From contig JASCQW010000119.1 of NCBI GenBank assembly GCA_030264375.1, positions 6,909,961 to 6,970,175 on the forward strand: a stretch of 60,215 nucleotides of DNA, read 5' to 3'. The notes below the pieces were generated by a model. It did not search any database and was not told where the DNA came from. It was given only the letters and a program-made list of their open reading frames with translations. Positions within the stretch are counted from its first letter, which is position 1, and each line of letters begins with the position of its first letter. Both the position numbers and the translations under genes were made by a program. This DNA comes from Carcharhinus longimanus (Eukaryota). Below are positions 37,430 to 49,306 of this stretch, in pieces.

Positions 37430-39638
37430 GCCACAAGGGCTACGTGCAGCTCACTTTGCAACATCACTAACGAACTGGCCTCAATATCTTTCTGCAGTAC
37501 ATAATTCCACCGAATCGCAACTCTGAGTGAAAAAAAAATCTTCCTCTTCTGAGCCCGGAATGATTTACTCCTAATTTTGTCGACTGTAATCCTTAGCTCT
37601 GCACTTCACGAATATCAGGGCATTATTTCTGCATTGATCAGTATATTCAGAGTTTTATATGTTTCTCTCATTCTTCCAAATTCCATTTTTTTACAAACTC
37701 AGTCGATCTAGTTTTTCTTTATATGTCAGCCCTGCCATTCTAGCAATCAGTCTGGCAAACCTTTGATTAACTCCCGGCATAGCGAAAACGTCGTTCCTAA
37801 GACAAGTAGATGAAAACTGTACAGTGTCAAAGTGTGGCCTCACTGGCGCCCTGAACAATTGAAACAAGATATCCTTGTTGCAAAACTCAAATCCGAATGC
37901 TGTGAAGGCCAGCATGTCATTCGTTTTTCTCACTCTCTGTTGTACCTGCATGCAAACCTTCAGCGACTGTTCGACCATGACACCCAGGACAGGCTACACT
38001 TCCTCCCCCTCCGCCAGCCCCCCTCCACCTCCCCCAACCCCCAAAATTGCCAACATTCGGATAATAACCCCCCTACCTGCTTTTGCCACCAAAGCGGATA
38101 TTATCGCATGTACACATTTTGTTTTGCATTTGCCCAATATTTTTTCACACAAGAGCCCTGCCCATGTCACCCTGCAACCTCTTAACATACTGCTCACAGC
38201 ACACGCTAGCATGGAGATTAGTGTCGTCTGAAATTTGGAAATTTGGATTCAAATCCTTCGAGCAAATTATTACTTTATATTGTGAACAGCTGAGGTCGCA
38301 GCATTGATCCGTGCATTAACCCAGTAGCCACTGCCTGCCATTTTGAAAATGACCCGTTTGCTCCCATTGTATGCATCCTACGTGTCAAGCAATTCTTCAT
38401 CCATGTCAATTTCTTATTCCAAAGCAATGGACGTTATGCTGCTCATTCATCCCTTGTGCGGAATCTTGCAAAAGGGTTTTTCAAAATCCAGACACAAAAC
38501 ATTCACTGGTTCGCCCTTGACCACTCTAAGATTTTTCAAATACGATTTCCCTTTCGCGAATCCAGACGGACTTGGGGCGATCCTGTCACTGCATTCAAAG
38601 TGCGCAGCAATTACATCCTTTTAATTGATTCCAGCATTTCTTCCACCACTGATTTCATAGCTGTTGTTCAAACCACTGAAACTCTTCCAGAGAATATAGA
38701 ATGCAAGAAAACAATCACCAAATACATCCACAAATTGTGTGGTAGCTGCTTTTAGTAGCAAGGATGCAGAGCATTAGGCCATGGGGACCTTGGAGGTCTA
38801 ATCCCAACACTTCTCCCAGTACAATTTACTGATCGATAAGGATTTCCTTCAGTTGCTCCTTCATATATGCCCTTCTGTTCCCACTATTTCTGGGAGGTTA
38901 TTGGTGTTCTCTTGGAGAAATATTTGTTCAGATTCTCTGCTATCCCGTTGTTGCCCGTTATGATTTTACTTCTAACTGCGAGATACCGACATTTCACTTC
39001 AACATTTTTTCTCTTCACATATCTATGAAAGTGTTTTTTTTCAGTCTGCTTTCATGTTTTCAGAAGTCCTCCATTGTATTTTCTTCCCATACAACTTTTT
39101 GTCCTCCTCTGCTGGATGTTAAATTTCTCACATTCCTTCAGTTTGATGGTTTTCCAGCGTATTTATATACCTCTTCCTCGGCTTGAACTCGATGCTATTT
39201 TTTTCTTCTTGTTACCCATGGATGAACCGTCATCCGCAATATGCAGCTTTTAAAGTACATCTATGTGTTCATTAACTGTCCAATGACTCTCAATCCCTTA
39301 AGTTTCATTTGTCAGATTATCCTAGCTGAATCATCTCTCATATCATCAAAGTTACTCTTCCTTAAGTTTACGTTCATAGTTTCAGGCTGATCTATGTTAC
39401 ATTTCTTCTTAATGAAAAAAATATTCACATTATTATGAACACTTGTCCCAAAGAATCTCCCAACACAAGTTTGCTGATTAGTTTGTTTCACTACACTATA
39501 CCAGCCTAGGAAGGCGTGCTGTCTAGTTGGACCTTTTGGTCGAAAAAAAAACGTCCTTTTTAAATTTTAAGAAATGTTGCTCCATCGCTTTGCAACCAAT
39601 TTGGTGAACCTAATCAAAGCGCGGATTGAAGACTCCCG
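37430..39638 (-). mobile_element. CR1 LINE, ORF2 3' part (host of the Copia insertion)
   Basis: SLKVCMQVQQRVRKTNDMLAF...LFRAPVRPHFD...RFARLIARMAGLTYKEKLDRL; LDFEKPF at ~38470-38495. Confidence 0.9.
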
Positions 39639-42600
39639 TGATACTTATTAAGAATGACTAAAGTAAAACCTTCCAATTAAGACTTAATTTGGTTGTTAAT
39701 CGTTTAGTTATACTTATCTGGATAATTAACACGTTTACAGATGGAACTGAGTGTTGGGGTGTGTATGCGGAATTGTAAAATATATTTTGTTTAAAAAGTG
39801 AGCTCCTAAAGAACTTGGACCTGGCTCAATTTTATTACTGAACTGACACTGAGAGGCTTAATACTGGTAGTGACGTATGGAAATAAACAGTGCAAGTTAC
39901 GACTTCAGGCAACATTGCATTCAATCAAAAGTGTGAATGGGAGATGACACAATAGCTCAGCCAAGGGTGAAAATGTCAGCATGTGAAGATCCACCATTAT
40001 TCTCAGACAGTAAACCTCGGCCTATGAAGAAATCAAATAAACATATCTACTAAAGTAGTCAGTTTGAGGAGAAGGAAGCAAGGGAGGTCCTTGAATCATC
40101 CTTTAACACATTGAACTCAACGTAATTGAAAATTACTTCCTGAACTCGAGTTGGAAAATATGGACTCAGAGAACGGTCTGGATAATTTATTAGCACTTAT
40201 GGATAACATTAATCAAACGGCTGAATTATTAAAAACATATGAATCCTGGTCAGACTTCAATAGTTTACAGGTAGCAGAGTAGTTTCCATTGAAGTATATG
40301 TAACAAAAATAACAAACTCGATATAAGGCTGCAAAAATACTGCATGGAAATGGCACAGTGATGACTTTAAATTATTTGTCTGTACTGAAGCTGCAAAAAT
40401 GGGTAAGCTCTTGCTTTTGGCAGGAGTTACATTTGCAGAAATATGGCTTATATGCACAAATGCTAGAAACTTGCAAAACACACTTCGGGAAGCATTCTAT
40501 CCCTGTGGCCTCAGTGACAAAAATGGACAATCAATAATCAAACAGACTCTAGCAGTTACCAGGATGGCGAGATCTACAGAAACATGTAGGCTACGGGAAA
40601 ATGGTAGAAGATTTGAACCCAAGCATCATGGCGACAACAACCACTTGAATATCTATAGTAGGAGTAATGATATGGAGAGTGGTAGTTCAAAATGAGCCCC
40701 AGAAATATCCATGGTATGATCGGTGCTTTCTGTGTTAACTCTAAATTTCACGATGCTTTCGACTGTTCAAAACTATCTAATGGAACGTTTGAAGATCAGC
40801 ATGACACTTATGAATTGGAAACGAAAAAAACAAATATATAGTGGTCAGAAAGAAGACATTGTCTTTTTAACAAGATATATTCTTGCTGTAATGAAATTGT
40901 TGCTTGTAAAGTCTTTTAATTGTGCTGTATTGGACAGTGGCTGCACACCTACAATGTGTGGAGTTGACTGTTTAAAATGTTATCGGGATTACTTAAATGC
41001 TGATAATCGGAACAAGGGTCAGGAATATGAAAGTTCCAAAAAAAATCTTTTAAAGATTATCGTACTCTGAAAAGGACGGTGAAAACGTGCATTATTGCCG
41101 GAGTGAATCGTTTCATTCGCAAATTGTTTCAAGTGAGATATACTTACCTCTGGGCCGACCATCAATGAGGAAGCACACATGAAACAGGACGTGGAAAATG
41201 ATAAAGCAACAGTTTTGGGAAAAAAAAACAGTGGTAGACTGACAATTTCCACAGTCAGCATCCTATTGCAATCTATTACTGGCTATTAGCTTTTCGGGTA
41301 TAGGGGTTAAGGAAGTTTTATTACGAGCTAGAAATGGGTGTTTTAACAGATGAGAAAGATCATTGTGTCGATGCTGCATTGGCGCTTTGTGCATTTGTTT
41401 CCTCCAAGGCTGCAAATACGGTTAATGTTTGCAGCTGTAAGAAATGATGACTATGCAAAGATTATGGAACATTTCAGTGATCAGTGTGAGGTTTGGTAGG
41501 AAGTGCAGAAGGACACTAGTAGGATAAATCGCGACTCTACAATTGGCCCGAGATTTAAATCACATTGTGGCTCTCTATGTTAAAATCTGGGATAAAGCAA
41601 ACAATTCAGTCAAGTTGCAATCTGTAGATTTATCAACTGAATTTAGTCAAACAGTTGCCCACAGGAAATAAAAGAGTAATCCTGGATCAGCTCATGGAAA
41701 CATAGATATAGACAGGAATGGGACCACCGGGAAAGTTATTTACTAACGTTGGGAATGGGTAAGACTTTGATAGCGATGACTTTAGGAATATTTGTCAAGC
41801 AAAAATGCGGAGCTGGAAAGCCCAGAGCGATGCGGTGTATGAGAATATCCACGCCTTAAGAAGATACATAATCTAGAAAATGTGTCCTATCGATCACGTT
41901 GGAAGTTACATTCACCCTTAGCAGGAGCAGTACTGCAAATAATTCGTTGCGGATGGTCGAGGGCCGTAGTTCGTATAAATTCAGAATAAGAAGAAACCTG
42001 CAATTCTGTCCATTTTGAATGACCAGCCTTAAGCTCGGGAAGGGACTGCAATTAGTTTTGCCTTTTCTGAGGATTGAAATGTTCTGCATATAAGCGGAAA
42101 ACATTTCCGTAGTCGAAAGTTTCTGAAGTCCCTGAAATCTCAACGGTTTAAGGCGCAATTTCCGGTCATGAAGGCCCACTTCCGAGCAAGCAGGTACTTT
42201 ATGCTAGAATTGAAATAATTTCTATAAGTGCAAAGGCACAGGGAAGTTTGAAGGCAGAGATGGCAATATATATATATATACAAATATTGTGGTAATCAGA
42301 TTCGTATGCTTGCTGTGAAGATAGTGTTTGTAAAAATATTTTTTTTAAAATCTAAAATATTTAGAATTGTAAACTTTCATGAAGCTGTAGAATTTTTTTT
42401 TGTCTTTACTTGAGAGAAACAGATGTAAGAAATGCACAGAGAGACAAAAAAGTGAAACATTGCAGCGCTGGGCTAGGCAGAAATTCCTGCCGAGACGTCA
42501 GTTTTTGTTTAAACAGTAAATGTGAAATAGACATTTAATTCGCCAAAGCCTGTCACATTTGAATTTCATGCTTTGATAATTGTTAAACCAATGCTGTTGT

Positions 42601-45420
42601 GCAAATTTTGGTATGTCATATCGGTGTAAATACCACGGCTTCCAGCTCCGAACTATCAAAGAAGACCGTCTGCCACCTGCCGACGAACAGCTGAGTTCAG
42701 CTCAGCTCGGAAAGAGAGACAGCAGCTCTCGAATAGCGCAACAGCCGCATTGTTGTTCGAATGGAAAAAAAAACAANNNNNNNNNNNNNNNNNNNNNNNN
42801 NNNNNNNNNNNNNNNNNNNNNNNNNNNNAAATGGGGGAAAAAAAGACCCGGAAGACGAAATACCTGACTGTATTTCGACTGTGACTAAAAACCCAATTTA
42901 TTTTCGTGCAGAAGTAGGAATTTTAATCAGCTAAGCAAGACATTCCATTCGAATAATGTTTTATTTGCTTTATTAATGATTTAATGAGTATGTCTACTGT
43001 GAGTCGGAAGAAAAAAATGTTCTAACCAGTAAAGAATAAAAAGAATCTCAGGTATGTATTTTGATTTGATCACTAAAACCTGAAGGGCAGATGATCCCCA
43101 TTACCACACAAAAAACAGATAACGAAAGGAGGCACTTTTCTTTGAGTAGTTGAGTGTTTGTTCTCAGTAGAAGATCTACCTCACTTTCGTAAGGGGGTAC
43201 ATTAATGAAGGATAATGGACCCAGATGACCAATTTGCGAATTTAGAAAGAGTTGCCGAACATGATGAGTTAACAGGGTCGTCTAATGATCATGTGTTACA
43301 GAGTTATGAAAGCTAATTAGCTTAAATAGACAGGATATCTGTAGAGGAACGCAATGCTTAAGATGAACTAAATCAGGCATCATTTGTTTCAAAAAGATTA
43401 CTGCCAAAATTTGCTACAAATGTGTCATACCTGCTTGAAAGTGCAGTCAACTGAAGAATATAACAGTTACTAGGAGAGCAGGGAAGGCCACTGGAATGTA
43501 TAAAAATCTTTACTTGTAAAGAATGCAAGAGAGACTGTTAGGACAATTCCTTTGGGCATCAAAGGGAGACCGTTAGGACAATTCCTTTGGAAATCAAAGT
43601 TGAAACTTGTAGGGCAAAGTAACGTGGTGTCAGTTGAAAAAGGATATCTGATATTGAACGTGATCACAGGGAGAGATCGGGAATTATGAAAACGTATCCC
43701 TCAATGGGAGCTAAAAATCAAGCAGTGGTAACTCAGAACGAGTGGGATAAAGCCAGAGGTTGACACGGTCTCAGAAGTCTGGTAAGACGACCAATGTTAG
43801 TAGTGGTAGAAACCCACATGTTTCTGCGAGTTTATTGCTCATAATGAATGAGATGAAAACTTTATAAATGTTTCTAAACAGCAAGACCTGCATCATTGAA
43901 GTGAACTTGTGGTATACACGGAGGTCCCTGGTAGGTGCAGAGAGCTTTATCACACAGTTGCAATTTCATGGAAAAGATGCTTCTGGATATAACTTGAAGG
44001 CAAAATCCAGGGATATGGCAAAGGGATTTGAAGACAAGTTAAGAGGCCGGGGCGTAGGGTGGATTCGACACGACAGAACGTATTAATATCATTTATATAG
44101 CAGGTTCAAAGATCAGGAAATGCAAATCAAGGTATATGTATCCTACCTATTTTTCAGGGACATCAGCTTTACAGAGATTTAATTCTCCATCCTACGAAAG
44201 CGCCAGTTAACACATTGCGAGTACGCCGGATGTTAATTACATGTGCATATGCGCTAAATGACGTGGTTCGAGTTTGGTATATTTTCTTATGGTCGCTTTT
44301 GCTCATTTTTGGCTGTCGCCAATTGAAAGCAGATCCTGTGATGTTTTACTGACACTGTTGAAGAAAGCTTTTTGGTATCTTCATGATGCTCGTCCATGAA
44401 TTTTGAAGTGGTAGTAGTGATTTGTGAAGCTACTGATGTTTCTGTTCGAGGGTGCGAATTCACGATTGGAAGTGAGGCTTTTAGGGATTTCAAATGTATT
44501 AGGCAGGAAAATGCATAGACTAAGTCACGATTGACTTTACGTCAGCAATCGTATTTGAAGAGTATCAACCGAATAACAATTAGTCACGGTAGGTCTTCAC
44601 AAAAGGGCACGCTGGTTTATACGGTGGAAAAAGATGGAACTCCAACTTTTATTGGACAACTGATTTAGTTAAGTAGATCACACCGGACGCCGTTTTTGAT
44701 GTTCTAGAGTTGGGTATAAAAATGATTGGTGCCAAGACACAAGAAATATTAAGAACAATTAAAATGCTGGCCAAACTAAAAATAAAGGAGTGAGTTCCGA
44801 GGTTCTCGTTTTTGGGTGATCTTAGGCATCTGAAACTCATAGTTTCTATTGATGCATTATATGCGAGTTTGTATAATATGTGTTTTCAATTACAGGAGCT
44901 TTACCTGTTTTTTCTGAGGGAGAAATAGTAAATGTCCCCCTTTTGTCAGGAAAAAAAATAGAAGAAAGGTGAGTGGTAACAAGGGCTTTGGCCGCTGAAG
45001 TATTACGCATTGTTGAGGCAATGGATATGTGTTTTCCTAATATTCCAGATGCTGTAGAAATGTTGGTGTTAGAGGATTCGGGAAAAAAAAATGTCTGTGC
45101 ATTAACAATAATCACTTTGGGAAAATGTGTATTCCACAAAACTTGTAAACAAGAAAAAGCTACGAATCTTTCATAGATTAAAGCCGAATACATAATTCAT
45201 AATGCAAAGTGTTTTCTGTTTACTGTAGAGACACGTTTATCAGAACGTTTTTTTTAAGGAAGACGAGTTAGTTAGGAAAGGACTCACTGCAAAATTCCAC
45301 TTTAGATCTAATTTGGTTGGCAATTGTTTAATAGCACTCACTGACAGACATAAAGAGGTTCCAGCTGGCACTGCGTGCTCGAGTGTGTATGTGGAGTTGT
45401 AAAAGAGAATAAAATGAGTT
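39639..45420 (+). mobile_element. GalEa-type Ty1/Copia LTR retrotransposon, near-complete but decayed, with both LTRs
   Basis: LTRs at ~39639-39863 and ~45266-45420 align (TAATTTGGTTG; GTGTGTATGYGGARTTGTAAAA). PBS-like TGGTAG at 39865; gag MSACEDPPLFSDSKP; protease CAVLDSGCTPTMCG (40921); integrase LHWRFVH; RT KAKSRDMAKGFED; RNase H VVTRALAAEVLRIVEAMDM. Confidence 0.85.
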
Positions 45421-45424
45421 TATG

Positions 45425-47330
45425 CATAAATTGCACGAGTATCTTTTATTTTATCACTGGGCTGCAGGTGAGAGGCTTCAGCAAATCTGCTGCAATCTTG
45501 GTGCACTGATTTCTAATTTCCTTATTGATGTCATTCCGAAACTCCTTATTATTAGGTGGTGGTCTTTACTCATCGCCACTATTTTTGTTTTGTTTTTTTT
45601 GTGATCTGCAACTCCAACCCAACAGATTCTATATCTCCCAGTCTAATGTTGTTTCTTAATATTACGTCAATCTCGTCTTCATCGAGCAACGATACTCCAC
45701 TGTTTTTTTTTTCCTTTGCCTCTATATTTCCTGAATATTGAGAACCCATTCATGTTGACTTCCATCCATGGTCACCGTGGACCCATCTGTTCACGATCAG
45801 AATTACATCATATTCGTTAATGACTGTCTGTGCAGTTAATTCTAACTCAGTATTTAAAATACTCCTCGTACTGAGACACAGACATTTCAGATTTTTTTCG
45901 TTGGCATTTATTATGACCTGAGAAATATGAAGTAATATGGCTCTTTTTTGTTTTCTTTCTCATTTGTCTTTCTGCCTTCCACTTTTCCCCGTACTGTTTT
46001 TTGATTCTGTCTCCACACTACTCCCCTCGGACTTCTTGAATTAATTCCTATTCCACTGCTACGTTTGTTTATAAAGCCGTCCCTCCCCCCACTCCCCCCA
46101 AGAGATCTGGCAAACGCTTCGCCAATGACATTGGTTCCAGGCCTAGCCAGATGCAGACAGTCGATTTGTTTTGGCCCCACCTTCCTCAAAGCTGGTTCCA
46201 ATATCTGTGGAATTTGTATCCCTTCCGCTTACTGAACACCTCAGGTGACGCATTCCATCTCGGATACATTGACATTCCTACTCTCCCTGGCTCGTTACAC
46301 ATGTAGCAACCCTGGAATCACCGCCTCTGAGTTCCTAATTTTTAATGTTACTCCTAACTCCTTAATTTCAGGTTTTAGGACCACATCTCGTGTGTGTGTG
46401 TGTGTGTGTGTGTGTGAACTTTGGCATTGGTGTCAATATGCAGGACAACAATTCTTCACGTTTCCCTAGTAGAATACACTGCAGTTGCTCTGAGTCATCC
46501 TTGGCCCTTGCAGCAGGGAGGCAATATACTATAATAGAGTCTCATGTTCATCCGCAGAAAGGCCTGCCGATCCCCTTGGAATTGAATCCACTATGCTTAT
46601 TGGTCTGTCACTCTTTCTCCTGCCCTCCTGTGTCTCAAAGCCACATACAATGGTGTTAACTTGTTGTTCCCACCTCCCCTTGGTGAACCATTTCTCCAAA
46701 AGTTTTCAACATGGTATTTATGCTTTGGACGATGATAAACGCAATGAACCACTGCATTGCCTCGATCCTCTCCATTTGAAAGATGTTGACCCATCTCCTA
46801 TCCCCTTCAGTATTTTGTTTTGTCTGCAGTAACTCACTGATCCTGTTTTTGGCATCTCCCTCCGCATCGCAGATGCTTCAAATGTCTCCAACAACAGCTC
46901 CAGGGATGTCACACGGTGCAACAGATTCAGGACATGGACACACTTCCTACACGTGAAGCCGCTAGAGACACGGAAGAGTCCCTGCATTCCAGCATTGCAC
47001 AAAAGGAGAACAGCTTGGTCTGGGATCCACCTGCCATGATTCGTAAGTTAACTTAACCGCACCAATTACAATGACAAGAGATGCAAAGTGAGGAAATCTG
47101 CTTATCAGTCAGCTACCACTTATTTGCTTCAAGGTTCTGACCGCAGAGTTTAACATTTTTTACTTCTCACGTGGCCTCGAGCCTCCCACGGAGGTTAGAC
47201 TCTCCGCTCCACTCGAAGATGAACACCTCTTTGCCATCTTCAGCAAATTCCTACTTAGGTTGAAATTCCTGATACCCTCACTCTGGTTGAAGCTCACTCC
47301 CGCTGCAATCTTACTCACACACGTGTACAA
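45425..47330 (-). mobile_element. CR1 LINE 5' part: 5' UTR, ORF1 (zinc finger/leucine zipper, esterase-like) and endonuclease start
   Basis: FTCRKCVHVLNLLHRVTSLELLLE; RPFCG...DSIIVYCLPAARAKD (~46500-46570); GDIESVGLEL (~45605-45640). Confidence 0.88.
46390..46416 (+). repeat. (TG)n microsatellite
   Basis: Direct inspection. Confidence 0.95.
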
Positions 47331-48534
47331 TTCGAATATTCCAGGGCTTTCTCTTGCTTCCTGATCCTCAGAGTGTCTTTTCTTTTGTTGAGCTGAATAG
47401 GGAGACGGGGGGNNNNNNNNNNNNNNNNGGCTTTTTTTTTGGACTTTAACTGACCCTTGACAACAGTTCGTACAAGCACCACTATTTATCTTTGATCCCG
47501 CTTCTGAAAGTCGTGACAGTCCTGAAGATGCAAATCTTTCCCCGACAGTCGGTCAGCGTCGCCACTCTGCTGCCCTTTGCTGGACAACAGGTTTGGATAG
47601 TTGTTTTTCCATATCGATTGTGGTGACACTGCCCCTTATGAATTTCATTATAATCACCTGCTTGGAAGTTTTTGTTTTGCCCTGCTGTGATATATGTTAC
47701 CGGTGCCCTGTCATTGTGAGTGAAAAAAAAAATGATGACCATCATGCTTATTTAAATCTGGACAAATGACGTGTCTTATGCTTTAATCCTGTCGTGGGAA
47801 TTTCTCAGTGGAGCTTGATATGAGTTTGATTGATCCAAACAGAGAAGACGCTTAGAATTGTTCTAACATTCGAAAACCCAAATCACAGTAGATTTTGCGA
47901 AAGCTGAAAAAAAACAGAACAAGTGAGCATCAGTGAGCATACGTGTTTTTTTTTGTAAAACATAGTAAGTGATAAATACCTGTGTGATGGGTTTTGAAAA
48001 TGCAAAGCAAGATAGCTAACTGTTAAAGTTTTATACACTATCATAGTTGAATATTAATATTGATAAGAGTTCTGTTAATTATATTATTTTGCATTTAGCA
48101 GTGATCATAAAAACATTATTGAGAATACATTTCCATTGGGTCACCTGGATCGTACGGGAACGAAACTTCTGCTCAGCCGTGCGAAAATCAAAAGTTAAAT
48201 AAACTGAGACTAACTTCATTTAATGCATTGGGATTTCGAGCCTGCACATTATAACTGCAAGCTCTTTTGAATGTTTAATATCAATATTCTTTGTTTTGTT
48301 TTGGATTTTTTATTCAAGGACAATTATTCGTGAGTATATTTGCGTATTAATTTCAGTTGTTGGTGTCGGAGTACATGGGGAGTGCTTTGTAGAATAACTT
48401 TTTTTTTTAGAGGCGAATGGGGGTGGAAAAAGTTTTTAAAATGGTTTAAAGTTAAAGTTCATTATTTTTTCTTCAGTCGCAAGTAGAATTGTATTACCAC
48501 AGCAATGAAGTTCAAGTGAAAAATCCCTAGTCTC

Positions 48535-48739
48535 CACAATCTTGTGCATATTCTGGTCAATGCCACCAACGAACACGACTTTTAAACTGTGGGAGGAAAC
48601 GGGAGCACCCAAGGAAATCGACGCAGACACGGGGAAAACGTGCATATTCTAGACAGGTAGTGACACATGATGAGAATCGAACGCGAGTTCCTGGCGCCGT
48701 GTCGCAGCAGTGCTAAACACTGTGCTGCGGTGACGCCCC
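48535..48739 (-). mobile_element. HE1/V-SINE-type SINE, 5' half
   Basis: ACTGTGGGAGGAAACGGGAGCACCC...GACACGGGG...GAATCGAACGC...GCAGCAGTGCTAAACACTGTG. Confidence 0.85.
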
Positions 48740-49286
48740 TGAGTGGTGACGGAAATAAAGCTTTTTTTTGAGGAAGGCTGCGATCGCCATTACTGAAAGA
48801 CCCCCAAAATTGAGGGAAATTGGGGTGACATCTGCACAATTAGAATTGCTAGAAACACAGCAAGAAACAATGGGAAGGGGAGAAATAATTTACAAATTCA
48901 CCCGATTGAATTAGAATAAAGGTAAAAATATAAAGTAGGAAACACGGGGAAGAAAGACAACTACAGCAGAATAAATAACAAAAAATTGTTCAATGTGAAA
49001 AAAAAGAAACAACTTGAGTTGCGACTAAATGCAGTATAAAGGGATAATAAGAAAGAGGGGGAGGAAAAAATAAAGAACTTGAACTTCAGAAACTGAACAT
49101 TAAAAGAAAATGAACATTTAGCGAACATGGCGGGGGTAAAAAAGAAACTTTGAGTGCAGTGAGGAAGACAGTGAGTCGGGGTGGGAGCAGAAAAGCCGTG
49201 TTGAGTACATATGAGCTAGTGTCAAATGCGTACAGGCAATTTCAGGGACTACCCTAGTTAAAAGTGCACAAGACTTGATAGAGATG

Positions 49287-49306
49287 GAGAGAGAGAGAGA
49301 GAGAGA
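49287..49306 (+). repeat. (GA)n microsatellite
   Basis: Direct inspection. Confidence 0.9.

Noticed and set aside
43530-43600. 35-bp tandem duplication (similar ones at 12242-12285 and 58221-58286)
   Set aside because: Two-copy local duplications without spacers; not CRISPR-like or otherwise organised.
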